In this document: positions 1-9,106 of the stretch, in pieces | Layout of the letters: the number at the start of each line of letters is the position of its first letter | Numbering within the stretch: the stretch's first letter is position 1 | DNA from: Ktedonobacterales bacterium | GTDB lineage: Bacteria > Chloroflexota > Ktedonobacteria > Ktedonobacterales > JADMIN01 | Direction: 5' to 3' | DNA: 32,000 bases | Assembly: GCA_030167145.1 (NCBI GenBank) | Contig: CP126532.1 | Coordinates: 2,850,001 to 2,882,000, forward strand | Made by a program: the position numbers and the translations under genes | The notes under the pieces: generated by a model | The model's input: only the letters and a program-made list of their open reading frames with translations | The model's database searches: none | What the model was told of the DNA's origin: nothing

Positions 1-1481
1 GCGCCCCAGAGGACGACCTGATTGGAGCCATAGTCGAAAAGCGCGAGCTGCTTGCCGGTGGGGGACCAGGAGAGCTCGATTTGGTCTGGTGATGGGGGTT
101 GCTGTGATGATAACGGGCGCTGGATGCTGAGCGTGGATAGCTCGTGGCCGGTGGTGGTATCGAAGAGGGAGATGCGTACAGTCACGGGTGTGGAAAAATC
201 AGAGCCTATGCCGTTGTCAGCGGGGAGGATGGTGGCAAGGATTTTGCCGTTGGGACGCCAGGCGACAGGGAACGGCTGAAATGCGTACTGGACAATGTGC
301 TGACCGTTGCTACTGAATACCTGAGGTGTTGCGGCGGCTTTGATGGCGGTGGCGAGTGCGGCGTCGGGATAGGGCATGATGGGGCCGGAGCAGTTGGGTT
401 GAAGCGACGAGCTACAGGAGTGTGGGCCGAGGTTTCCAACTGGGAGGCCAGGGATGGGAGCAAGGCGCGCGGCGAGATGGAGAGGCATAGCGAGATAGCG
501 CCCATCCGGCGACCAGATATACCCGGAGGAGGCGAAGACGGCACCGGCAAGTGGCAGAAGTGATGTGCTCGTGCCAGTGCTATCTACGGCCTCTATGGGC
601 ATGACTGTGCCGGGCTGCCAGATGGGGAAAGTGGGCGCGGCAGGGGCGGTGACGATGGGGCTGCCGGTGTAGCTGCCGCTGGTGGGGTGAGTGGGCGCGG
701 GCTGGGCAACGGTGATCTGGCCGCTGGCGCTCCATTGGTAGCTGAGCGCGGGCGGCAGGAGCGCGGGAAGCAGGGTGGGCACGCCGGTATGCAGATCCCA
801 GATGACCGACTGGCCGAAGGCGGTGGTGAGCGTGGAGGTGAAGAGATGTGGCTTGCCGCTGTCGAGCGGATAGATCAACAAGGCGGGGCTGGGCTGCTGG
901 GTGGTGGCGGTGTTGGAGGCGTCGAAGATGAGCGCTTTGCCGTCGGGCGACCAGACGAAATCGCCCGCCGTGCCCGGCGCGCCGAGACGCGAGAGCGTAG
1001 GCTGCGGGTCTACGGTGCGGAGGAGCGCGCCGGTGCGGGCGTCGAAGATGGCGACCATTTCGGATTGGGAGGCGCCAGGGTTGGGGCCGCAACCCTGGCG
1101 GGTGAGGGCGATGGCGACGCGTAAGCTGTCGGGGGACCAGGCGACCTGTTGCGGGCAGTAGAGGCGATTGCCGGTGAGGTCGAGGGCGAGCTGGCTGGGA
1201 ATGGGCGCGGGGGTGGCAGTGGCAGAGGCGGTAGCGGAGAGATGAGAGCCAGCACGGGTGTAGGCGAAGAGGCCAGCGGCGATGACGAGGATGGCAAGCA
1301 GCACGGCAGTGAGGGCGAGCCAGCGCGGATGTTTGCGCGTGGGCGGGCGCAGGTCGAGCGTGGGGGCGGTGGGGGCGGCGGGAGCGACTTCGGTGCTGAC
1401 GGGAGTATTCTGGCGGGCGAGCGCGCGCAGGGCATCGAGGCGGCGCTGCTGGTCATTTTTGGGTTGCTCGTGTGGCTCCAT
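1..1481 (-). CDS. Membrane-anchored WD40/TolB-like beta-propeller repeat protein; the 3' end runs off the left edge
   Basis: Absent from the ORF track because there is no stop in the window. I checked the frame by hand: no in-frame stop from 3 to 1481. ATG at 1479-1481 is preceded by AAGGAG. N-terminal TM helix LALTAVLLAILVIAAGLF. Recurrent SPDG-type blade motifs (VAWSPDSLRVA, FVWSPDGKALIF, YIWSPDGRYLA, LSWSPTGKQLA). Confidence 0.7.
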   Translation of the reverse strand, partial: MEPHEQPKNDQQRRLDALRALARQNTPVSTEVAPAAPTAPTLDLRPPTRKHPRWLALTAVLLAILVIAAGLFAYTRAGSHLSATASATATPAPIPSQLALDLTGNRLYCPQQVAWSPDSLRVAIALTRQGCGPNPGASQSEMVAIFDARTGALLRTVDPQPTLSRLGAPGTAGDFVWSPDGKALIFDASNTATTQQPSPALLIYPLDSGKPHLFTSTLTTAFGQSVIWDLHTGVPTLLPALLPPALSYQWSASGQITVAQPAPTHPTSGSYTGSPIVTAPAAPTFPIWQPGTVMPIEAVDSTGTSTSLLPLAGAVFASSGYIWSPDGRYLAMPLHLAARLAPIPGLPVGNLGPHSCSSSLQPNCSGPIMPYPDAALATAIKAAATPQVFSSNGQHIVQYAFQPFPVAWRPNGKILATILPADNGIGSDFSTPVTVRISLFDTTTGHELSTLSIQRPLSSQQPPSPDQIELSWSPTGKQLALFDYGSNQVVLWG

Positions 1482-1625
1482 CACTCACTCCTTGGGGCAT
1501 TCGGGTATGCACTGGTCGTACTATTGTACAGCTAGTGCGTACCACTGAAAAGGCGTCTGTCAAACCCCGGCTGTACCAGGCGGCATCAGTAGTTTAGGGG
1601 CGCTGATGCCACCGTTGACGAACTG

Positions 1626-2135
1626 CTAGTAATTACCGCCGCATGTTCCGTAGTGTTCGATAGTACTGCCAGAAGGGTATAATCCGAACCATCCGTTTGC
1701 TGATGGCGCGGCATTGTAGGCGCCCGAATAGTAGTACTTGCCGGAAAATGAGCCGCTCGGTAGCGTGGCTGTTTGTTCGTTACCCTTGCTTCCGCAGTTG
1801 GCGGCGTCCACCTTCAGTGTAGCACCGTAATTCCCGGAGCCTGCGCTTATGGTCACTTTACTCCTGAAGTGATAGCACCAGGCGCCGAAATTGCTGTCGT
1901 ATGCTTGCTGAAGTTCGAGTTTTTCGGTGTACGGGGAGTCGGTCCAGTTATTCGTTACTATGGTTTGCCATCCATATGACTGGCATTCGGTGAGGTAGGG
2001 AACAATCCTGCCGGGATCCGATGCCGCCGAAACATGGCCAGCCAGTTTGATTCCTCCAAAGGCCATGGCTCCTACCAGAATGAGTGTGGCAACAATGAGG
2101 GTGGTGAGTCTTCCGTGCGCTCTTAGCACAGACAT
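1626..2135 (-). CDS. Small secreted or anchored Cys-containing hypothetical protein
   Basis: 169-aa ORF with an N-terminal hydrophobic anchor/signal (LTTLIVATLILVGAMAFGG). Gly/Ser/Tyr-rich body with 5 Cys. Visibly AT-richer than its flanks. No family recognised. Confidence 0.55.
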   Translation of the reverse strand: MSVLRAHGRLTTLIVATLILVGAMAFGGIKLAGHVSAASDPGRIVPYLTECQSYGWQTIVTNNWTDSPYTEKLELQQAYDSNFGAWCYHFRSKVTISAGSGNYGATLKVDAANCGSKGNEQTATLPSGSFSGKYYYSGAYNAAPSANGWFGLYPSGSTIEHYGTCGGNY

Positions 2136-2427
2136 TCTCCTCTGCGCTGCTGAGGACTACAAATCAATCGAAACTGCACCAGGCGGCCGCCATGGTTCGC
2201 CACTAGCTTACCAGCAGTTAGGGAGAGGGGCAATACGTAATTTGGACTAATTGCTGGAGTGCAAAGCAAGAAGAATACTTCGCGAGTGATCGTGCGTAAG
2301 TGTACTGGCGCCAGGCTTGTGACGGCGGCGTGAGGGTGGGCGGCGCTGATGTGACGCGGCTGAGAGATGGGTGAGCTATGCCGTAACCTGAGAGGGTTAT
2401 TTCTCGCAGGAAAGGAGCGTGCGGGCT

Positions 2428-2904
2428 ATGAACGTACAGGTGTTATACGACTCGAAGTTTGGGAACACAGAACGGATCGCGCAGGCTATCGCGAAGGTGT
2501 TGCATGCGACGCGGGTAGTACGCGCGACGGATGTGGAGGCGCTCGATCTCAGCGGATGCGAACTGCTGGTGATTGGGGGGCCGACGCAGGTGCATGGGAT
2601 GAGTCCGGCGTTGAAGGAACTGGATGGGAAGATCCGGGCTGAGGAGGTGAGCGGACTGCCGGTGGCGGTGTTCGATACGCGGGCGCATATGGCGCGGCTA
2701 CTGTCGGGGTCGGCGGCGCATGTGGTGGCACGGCATCTGAAGCAGAAGGGGGCGACGCTGGTGGCGGAGCCGGAGAGCTTCTTTGTGACGGGCACGGAGG
2801 GGCCGCTGGAAGACGGAGAGGTGGAACGCGCGGAACGCTGGGCGGTGGGCATACAGGATGCGCTGACCTATAAGTACAAGGTGACGACGGCGGACGCATG
2901 GTGA
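2428..2904 (+). CDS. Flavodoxin-like fold protein
   Basis: MNVQVLYDSKFGNTERIAQAIA is a typical flavodoxin N-terminal FMN-loop pattern. RBS AGGAAAGGAG at 2408-2417 favours the ATG at 2428 over the GTG at 2419. Confidence 0.75.
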   Translation: MNVQVLYDSKFGNTERIAQAIAKVLHATRVVRATDVEALDLSGCELLVIGGPTQVHGMSPALKELDGKIRAEEVSGLPVAVFDTRAHMARLLSGSAAHVVARHLKQKGATLVAEPESFFVTGTEGPLEDGEVERAERWAVGIQDALTYKYKVTTADAW

Positions 2905-2945
2905 GCGAGGGGTAATCGGAGGGCGGAGGCGATGACCTGGGCACG

Positions 2946-3016
2946 CTGTCAGTTTGCCAGGGGAAGAGCCGTTGTCATCGTCATGGGAACTTTCGTTGAC
3001 ACTGGCAAACTGACAG
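2946..3016. repeat. Perfect 15-bp inverted repeat with a 41-nt loop between convergent genes
   Basis: CTGTCAGTTTGCCAG (2946-2960) and CTGGCAAACTGACAG (3002-3016) are exact reverse complements. The element lies between the flavodoxin stop (2904) and the DsrE-like stop (3084). Confidence 0.85.
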
Positions 3017-3083
3017 GTTAGCACGTCGTTGCGCGCTCGGGTTTACCGCCCTCTGCCGGACTCACAGTGGTGCAGAGAGTGGT

Positions 3084-3443
3084 TCAAAAGTCCAGCGTGG
3101 TGGCACCGTTCATGAGGCGCTCCACCACGTTTGCTGCTGTCACGATTTTTGCGCCCTCGATCAACTGTCCCTCCTGAATGCCGCGTGGTTTGGCGCAAGT
3201 TCCGCACGCCCAGATTTGCCCGCCGTTGCCGCGGAATGACTGGATGACATCGTTGAGAGGTGGAAAGCCTTCTTTCTGGATGTTGTCAGCGTAGCCTGAC
3301 GTTGCCAGCCACACGCCCTCGATGGTCAGTAGCACCACTACATCCTGATCCGCTGAGGCCGCGACATTGGCGACGATGAAGGCTAGCGTGGCGCGTTCTG
3401 GGTCTTCGCGGCCATGAGTGCAGTGGATGAGCAGAGTTGTCAT
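3084..3443 (-). CDS. DsrE/DsrF-like sulfur-relay family protein
   Basis: 119 aa. The pattern LLIHCTHG...ATLAFIVA...VVVLLTIEGV...ACGTC matches the DsrE-like fold. Confidence 0.65.
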   Translation of the reverse strand: MTTLLIHCTHGREDPERATLAFIVANVAASADQDVVVLLTIEGVWLATSGYADNIQKEGFPPLNDVIQSFRGNGGQIWACGTCAKPRGIQEGQLIEGAKIVTAANVVERLMNGATTLDF

Positions 3444-3476
3444 GGTGAGCGTCTCCTTGTTCGGAGTTCGGGCGAC

Positions 3477-3767
3477 TTAGCCCAACTTCTTGCGTACAAA
3501 TAGGCGCAGCACATGCGGCTCTTCGATTTCGGCAAGCAGTTCGTGGCCGGACAGGCGGCACCAGGAGGTGATGTCCTCGCGTGCTGTTGGGTCGTCTACG
3601 CAGACCTCAAGTATCTGGCCGCCGGTCATGTCACGAAGTTTGGCTTTGATGGCCGGGGTTAGCAACGCGCACATGGCCCCTTGCGCGGCAGGTGTCTGCG
3701 TCATATCCAGCACCACGTCAGGCTGGAGCACTGGGCCGGCGACGGCCTTGCCCTGCATGTCGTTCAT
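3477..3767 (-). CDS. TusA/SirA-like sulfurtransferase-fold protein with a non-canonical Cys motif
   Basis: LDMT..GAMCALLTPAIKAKLRDM..GQILEV.VDDPTAREDITSWCRLSGHELL matches the TusA pattern, except CALL replaces CPxP. The internal ATG at 3767 has a GGGAGAG RBS. Adjacent to the DsrE-like gene. Confidence 0.6.
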   Translation of the reverse strand: MNDMQGKAVAGPVLQPDVVLDMTQTPAAQGAMCALLTPAIKAKLRDMTGGQILEVCVDDPTAREDITSWCRLSGHELLAEIEEPHVLRLFVRKKLG

Positions 3768-3962
3768 GGGGCGCTCTCCCTTCTCTGTGTCTCGCCGACA
3801 AGAGCCTTTTGGCTGCGAACGTGTCATGCTACAATGGCGCAATCAGCTATAGGTCAGTATGTGCGCTTATGGCCTGTGAGACAATGATTCAGGCTCCGAG
3901 AGTGTTGATTAGAACGCCGAGATGTGCGGGGGACTCGCCCTCAGAGACGGAGATCGCGCTCG

Positions 3963-4994
3963 ATGGATGTCCTATCTGATACGCTGCGGGTGGTGCGCCT
4001 CACTGGCGCAGTGTTCCTGAAGGCGAGACTGACCTCGCCATGGGCGGTGGAGTCCGCAACACCGGGCGAACTTGCCGAATACCTGCGATTACCGTCCGAC
4101 TGTATCGCTGTGTTCCATATCCTCGCGCAGGGCCAGTGTTGGTTTACTGTCCCAGGCTCTTCGCCGGTCTTGCTCAGGTCAGGAGATGCCGTCCTCATCC
4201 CCCGAAGTTCCCCGCACGTGATAGGCAGCGATCAGGGAACGATTCCAGTGTCATTCCGAGCCATCTTGCCGCCATTACCTCTCAGCGGAATTGCGGAGGT
4301 GGTGGGCGGTAGCAGCGGTGAGATGACGCAGGTTGTCTGTGGCTATCTGCATTGTGACCAGCGATTCAATCCGCTGCTGGGCGCGCTGCCAGATGTCATG
4401 ATGGTGCGTCCTGGCAATGATGGTCCCCATGATGACCACGAGGCAGGAAGCGCGGGCGGGGATGCGTTGACGCTATCAACCGTGTTGTCCGTCCGAACGG
4501 GAGACTGGCTGGAAATGACCATGCGCCATACCGTCGAAGAAGCGCTTGGCGAACGTCCGGGCAACTCCGATATGCTCGCGCGCCTCAGCGAAATCCTCTT
4601 TGTCGAGGTGGTGCGGCGCTACATGCAGCGGCTCCCCGCTACGGAGCCTGGGTGGCTCGCTGGAGTGCGCGATCCGATTGTGGGGCAGGTATTGCGGCTC
4701 TTGCATGCTCATCCAGAGTATGCGTGGACGGTGGAAGCGCTGGCGTCTGCTGTAGCGGTGTCGCGGTCAACGCTGGCGCAGCGATTCACCGCGCTGATTG
4801 GCGAGACGCCGATGCGCTATCTGGCCACATGGCGCATGCAACTGGCGAAGCATCTGTTGAGGCACACCAATCTCAATCTGGTTGAGGTTGCGGGGAGTGT
4901 CGGCTATGAGTCCGGCGTGGCCTTCAGCCATGCCTTCAAACGCCATGTTGGGCAATCACCCGCAGCCTGGCGTGTGGGCGCCGATGATGCATGA
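3963..4994 (+). CDS. AraC family transcriptional regulator with an N-terminal cupin-type domain
   Basis: C-terminal AraC HTH (STLAQRFTALIGETPMRYLATWRMQLAKHLL...VAGSVGYESGVAFSHAFKRHVGQSP). N-terminal MDVLSDTLRVVRLTGAVF is typical of cupin-AraC regulators. Confidence 0.85.
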   Translation: MDVLSDTLRVVRLTGAVFLKARLTSPWAVESATPGELAEYLRLPSDCIAVFHILAQGQCWFTVPGSSPVLLRSGDAVLIPRSSPHVIGSDQGTIPVSFRAILPPLPLSGIAEVVGGSSGEMTQVVCGYLHCDQRFNPLLGALPDVMMVRPGNDGPHDDHEAGSAGGDALTLSTVLSVRTGDWLEMTMRHTVEEALGERPGNSDMLARLSEILFVEVVRRYMQRLPATEPGWLAGVRDPIVGQVLRLLHAHPEYAWTVEALASAVAVSRSTLAQRFTALIGETPMRYLATWRMQLAKHLLRHTNLNLVEVAGSVGYESGVAFSHAFKRHVGQSPAAWRVGADDA

Positions 4995-5052
4995 GGCGCC
5001 GGAAGGTCGGGTGGGTAGGGCAGGCAATCCTTCTAACCGTCTGCCGATTCGT

Positions 5053-6027
5053 CTATTGCGTGATGTGGAGTACGGCTTTGCCGGAGTAGGTGCGATCCAT
5101 GAGGCGCTGGGCGACATCGGCGATGTCGGTCCAGGGGGCTTCGACTTCGATGCGTGGATGAAGCTGGCCGCTGGCGACGAGGCGGGCGAGGCGGGCGAGG
5201 CCGTCGGCGGCGGGGTTGCGGGTGACTTCATCGAAGATGAGGAAGCCGTAGAGGGTCGCGCCGCCGGTCAGGTAGAAACGCGGAGCCTGGAACGTAACAT
5301 CCGCGCCGGATGACGCGCCGAAGAGCACGCAGACGCCGCGCGGCATGAGGAGGGTGAGCGCGGTGGCGAGCGATGCGCCGCCGACGGATTCGATGATGAG
5401 ATGATAGGGGCCGAAGGCGCTGGCGGGGGTGAGATCATCGCCGGTGACGACTTCGTGCGCGCCGGACTCGCGCGCGAACGCGGCGTGCTCTGGTTGACGT
5501 ACGGAGCCGACGACGTAGGCGCCCATGAGGCGGGCAAGTTGTACGGCGTAGACGCCAACGCCGCCTGAGGCGCCGGTCACGAGGACTTTGCGCCCCAGGA
5601 GTGAGCCGCCTTTCTCAAGGGCAAGCAGGGCGGTGAGGCCAGCGACGGGGAGCGTGGCGGCCTGGGGGAATGTGACTGCTTCGGGTAGCTCGGCAAGGGC
5701 GTGGGTGGGCACGGCGACGAGTTCGGCCCATGCGCCCGCGCTCAGCAATCCGACGACGGGCGCTCGCTCTGGCGGGCCGGAGCCGTCCGCTGCGGACTGC
5801 TCGACGATGCCGGCGAGATCCCAGCCGGGGCGCGTGCCAGCGGGTGATCTCATCGCGCCGCGCACGTCGCCGCGATTGAGCGAGATGGCGGCGACGCGCA
5901 CGAGGGCTTCGTTGGGGGCGGGTGTGGGCGCGGCGACTTCTTTGAGGGCGAGGCGGCCCGGCGCATCGGGGTCAACGACGATGGCGCGTATGGGTGGCGT
6001 GGCTGGTGTGGCTGGTGTGGCAGACAT
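5053..6027 (-). CDS. NAD(P)-dependent MDR-family quinone oxidoreductase / alcohol dehydrogenase-like protein
   Basis: VLVTGASGGVGVYAVQLARLMGA nucleotide-binding motif with zeta-crystallin-like architecture. AGGAGG RBS upstream of the ATG at 6027. Confidence 0.8.
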   Translation of the reverse strand: MSATPATPATPPIRAIVVDPDAPGRLALKEVAAPTPAPNEALVRVAAISLNRGDVRGAMRSPAGTRPGWDLAGIVEQSAADGSGPPERAPVVGLLSAGAWAELVAVPTHALAELPEAVTFPQAATLPVAGLTALLALEKGGSLLGRKVLVTGASGGVGVYAVQLARLMGAYVVGSVRQPEHAAFARESGAHEVVTGDDLTPASAFGPYHLIIESVGGASLATALTLLMPRGVCVLFGASSGADVTFQAPRFYLTGGATLYGFLIFDEVTRNPAADGLARLARLVASGQLHPRIEVEAPWTDIADVAQRLMDRTYSGKAVLHITQ

Positions 6028-6112
6028 GGCGATTCCTCCTTTGGACTACCGCGCGGGATAGGTAGGCTCTTGATGATACATGCGCATGCAGCGCGTATGG
6101 CGTCAAGGCGAA

Positions 6113-6156
6113 CCTCACCCCTGGCCCCTTCCCTCGTAGGGAAGGGGAGGCAGAGG
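6113..6156. repeat. REP-like GC-rich palindromic intergenic element
   Basis: CCTCACCCCTGGCCCCTTCCCTCGTAGGGAAGGGGAGGCAGAGG contains the hairpin CCTTCCCT/AGGGAAGG. It belongs to the same family as the elements at 12258 and 14177. Confidence 0.7.
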
Positions 6157-6214
6157 ATTCTCGCAGATGGCTAGCGGCCGTGAAAATGCCAACGCGGGTT
6201 GGTATTGAGGACGG

Positions 6215-7120
6215 TTAGGCGGGGCGCAGGCTGAGCAGGAGGTCTGCCTGGGCGAGGAGGGAGCGCAGGCGCACGCGGGCGTCGTCGCCGAGGGGTGCGA
6301 GTGGGCGGCGTGGGTCGCCGCCGTAGTGGGCGACGAACTGGAGCGCGGCTTTGAGTCCGGCGACGCCGTAGCCGGAGGTGACGGCGGTGTTGATGGGGAC
6401 AAGCCGGGCCTGAAGCACGCGGGCGTCGGCAAGATTGCCCTGATGATAGAGGTCGAGCAGGTGGAGGCATTCGCGGGGGGCGATGTTGGCGAGGGCGGCG
6501 ATAGCGCCGGAAGCGCCGACGGTGAGGGCGGGCAGCAGGAATCCCGCACTGCCAGCGAGGACGGCGAAGCCTTCGCGTGCGCCTGCCGCGACTTCGGCGA
6601 GCTTGGCGACGTTGCCAGAGCTATCTTTGAGGCCGATGATGTTGGGGTGGGCGGAGAGGGTGATGACGGTGTCGGCGTCGAGGTCTATGCCAGCGGAGTT
6701 GGCGGGCATGTTGTAGAGCAGAATGGGGATGGGACTAGCATCGGCGACGGCAAGGTAGTGCGCGCGGAGGGCGGGGGGTGTCATGCTGGCGCGGTAGTGG
6801 TGGGGCGGGAGAATAAGGGCGACATCGGCGCTGGATTCGGCGGCGAGACGGCAGAGGGCGATAGTGGAGCGGGTGGCGTTGGCGCCCGCGCCGACGAGAA
6901 GCTGGGCGGAGGGCCCGGCGGCTTCGCGGATGGCGGAGATGACGGCGCGGCGCTCGTCGGGTTCGAGGTGGACGGCTTCGCCGTTGGAGCCGAGGACGAC
7001 GAAGTTGGCGATGCCGTGGGCGCGCAGGCGGGCGGTATGTTCGCGCTGGGTGGCGAGGTCGAGGTCTTCGTTGGCGTCGAAGAAGGTGGGTACGGGCGGG
7101 TAGATGCCGCTAATCTCCAT
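6215..7120 (-). CDS. Dihydrodipicolinate synthase / N-acetylneuraminate lyase family class I aldolase
   Basis: Has VLGSNGE (compare GTTGE), the LLYNMP motif, and IGLKDSSG carrying the Schiff-base Lys. GGAGG RBS. Confidence 0.85.
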   Translation of the reverse strand: MEISGIYPPVPTFFDANEDLDLATQREHTARLRAHGIANFVVLGSNGEAVHLEPDERRAVISAIREAAGPSAQLLVGAGANATRSTIALCRLAAESSADVALILPPHHYRASMTPPALRAHYLAVADASPIPILLYNMPANSAGIDLDADTVITLSAHPNIIGLKDSSGNVAKLAEVAAGAREGFAVLAGSAGFLLPALTVGASGAIAALANIAPRECLHLLDLYHQGNLADARVLQARLVPINTAVTSGYGVAGLKAALQFVAHYGGDPRRPLAPLGDDARVRLRSLLAQADLLLSLRPA

Positions 7121-7212
7121 GGTGGTCGTCCTCCGGTAGGCTGGGATGGTGGGGCAGAAATCGTTCTCCGTTGAAGTGTATCAGATGGGTTGGGGCGTCG
7201 GCTGCGCTTTGC

Positions 7213-7362
7213 TCAGGCGGGGAGTTGGTCTGCGTCCCAGAGGACGACCTGATTGGAGCCATAGTCGAAGAGCGAGAACTGCGTTTGACGGTGGTGTGTG
7301 GTGGCGGGTATGATGGCGGGCATGAAAGATACCATCGTCCGCTCCGCCGCGTAAGCAAGGCG
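7213..7362 (-). pseudogene. Orphan 3'-terminal fragment of a WD40-like paralogue of the gene at 1..1481
   Basis: A short frame (stop at 7213-7215, upstream stop at 7363-7365) reads ..MVSFMPAIIPATTHHRQTQFSLFDYGSNQVVLWDADQLPA*. Coordinates 7236-7269 are identical to 5-38 (34 nt), and similarity extends over about 60 nt. Confidence 0.6.
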
Positions 7363-7699
7363 CTACACGCTTACCCGGCGGCGACTTGCCTGACATGCGG
7401 GCGCTGATCGCGACACGAGCGCGGCGGCGTCGCGAACGCATGATGCAGGTTGCGCCATACGACTTCGGCGGCATCGCACGGCAATGATCGTCTGCGATGC
7501 GCCGGTATGTGGTATGCGCGCTCATACTGATTCCTTTCGCCCGCCGCCACGAAATGTGGCATTCCCTCCACGAACGTATACGGCTGAATATGCCGGACAG
7601 GCGCCTTGCTCCTCTGTTACCCTGCGCATCTTGTTGCGTGCGGTTGCGCTGTGCCGTGAAGGCTGGGCCGCGCGCTGTTGTGGATGGGGAGTACCGGAT

Positions 7700-9043
7700 A
7701 TGTCTGGACGTTCGCGTGTACATTGTGCGGGATTATGGCGGAAGCCTGATTTTCTGAAGCTTTGGGCAGGGCAGGCAGTTTCGGAGTATGGGTCGCTGAT
7801 TACGAGTTTCGCGCTGCCGTGGATGGCGGTGGCGGTGCTGAAGGCGACGCCCGCGCAGGTGGCGCTGCTGAGCGCGGCGGGGGTTGCGCCGAAGTTGTTG
7901 TTGAGCCTGTTGGCGGGGGTGTGGGTGGACCGGCTGAAGCGCCGCCGGTTGATGTTGCTGGCCGATGGGGGCCGGGTGATCATTATTGGGTCGGTGCCGG
8001 TGATGGCGTGGCTGCGGGTGTTGGGTATGGGGCAGCTCTATCTGGTGACGCTGGCGGCGAGCGCGCTGACGGTGGTCTTCGAGGTGGCGTATGCGGCGTA
8101 CTTGCCATCGCTGCTGAGCCGGGATGAGCTGGTGGAAGGCAACAGCAAGATTGCCGCGAGCAATGCTGTCGCGGAGGTGACGGGATTGGGGCTGGCGGGG
8201 GTGTTGGTGCAGGCGCTGAGCGCGCCGGGGGCGGTGCTGGTGGATGCGCTGACATTCGTGGTGTCGGTGGTCTCGCTGTTGTGGATACGCGGACGCGAGC
8301 CAGAGCCGGAAGCGCGGGCGAGTGTGCCAGGAGACGCGACGGGCAGGGCGATGGGGATGCGGGCGTTTGCGGTGTGGCGCGAGTTGCGGGAGGGGTTGGG
8401 TGTAACGTTTGGGCATCCAGAGCCACGGGCGCTGGTGGGGTCGGCGGGGGTCTTCACGCTATTTGGGAATATGCTCTCGGTGGTGTTGTTGCTCTATTTG
8501 GTGAATGAGAAGCATCTACCAGCGGCGGTGATTGGCGCAGTCTTTGGTATCGGCGGCATTAGCGCGTTCGTGGGGGCGTTGTTCTCGGCGCGGGTGGCGC
8601 GGCGCTGGGGCATTGGGCGGGCGATTACGTGGGGGCTGGGTGTGTACACGGGTGCGGCGATGCTGATGCCGCTGGCGGGTGGTCCGGTGTGGCTGGTGGT
8701 GGCGCTGCTGGCGGTGGCGCAGTTCAGCGATGCGGCGCATACGGTCTATGACACGAATCGGGCGAGCTTGCTGCAGGCGACGACGCCCGGCGCGGCGCAG
8801 GGACGGCTGCACGCGACGCTGCGGTTTGTTGAGGGCGGGGCGACACTGGCGGGGCTGGCGCTGGGCGGCATATTGGGGCAGGTGATTGGCGCACATGCGA
8901 CGCTTTTCGTGGCGGCGTTCGGCTTGCTGCTGGCGCCGCTGTGGTTGGCGCGCTCGCCGGTGGCGGCGCTGCGCGCGTTGCCGTCGGAGGATAATGAGGG
9001 GTTGTCAGCGCGGGTGGTGGTGGAGTACGACATGTCTGTATGA
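7700..9043 (+). CDS. MFS transporter
   Basis: About 12 predicted hydrophobic helices with an N-terminus of the FLKLWAGQAVSEYGSLIT type. The upstream part of ORF 7484.. lacks a coding look, so I prefer the ATG at 7700. Confidence 0.85.
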   Translation: MSGRSRVHCAGLWRKPDFLKLWAGQAVSEYGSLITSFALPWMAVAVLKATPAQVALLSAAGVAPKLLLSLLAGVWVDRLKRRRLMLLADGGRVIIIGSVPVMAWLRVLGMGQLYLVTLAASALTVVFEVAYAAYLPSLLSRDELVEGNSKIAASNAVAEVTGLGLAGVLVQALSAPGAVLVDALTFVVSVVSLLWIRGREPEPEARASVPGDATGRAMGMRAFAVWRELREGLGVTFGHPEPRALVGSAGVFTLFGNMLSVVLLLYLVNEKHLPAAVIGAVFGIGGISAFVGALFSARVARRWGIGRAITWGLGVYTGAAMLMPLAGGPVWLVVALLAVAQFSDAAHTVYDTNRASLLQATTPGAAQGRLHATLRFVEGGATLAGLALGGILGQVIGAHATLFVAAFGLLLAPLWLARSPVAALRALPSEDNEGLSARVVVEYDMSV

Positions 9044-9106
9044 TGGTGTGTGGATAGGTCTGCTCACATGGTAGTGCGGGTTCGCGCGCATAGAGGGGGG
9101 AAGGGT

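Noticed and set aside
6326-7174. Long antisense or alternative-frame ORFs in the track. Examples are 6326..7174(+), 7733..8416(-), 11696..12322(-), 12611..13393(-), 17931..18983(-), 18608..19498(+), 19866..20597(-), 23528..24316(-) and 28645..29148(-).
   Set aside because: These are typical high-GC shadow ORFs. Their translations are Arg/Pro/Gly/Ala-rich and low-complexity, they lack RBSs, and each is fully overlapped by a gene with recognisable motifs on the other strand or frame.
1-7295. The direct repeats at 1-62 and 7232-7295 as attL/attR of an integrated element.
   Set aside because: The similarity is coding-sequence paralogy covering the C-terminal blade of a WD40-like protein. The fragment lies on the wrong side of the intact gene for a 3'-end integration model. 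The intervening genes include no integrase or mobility genes.
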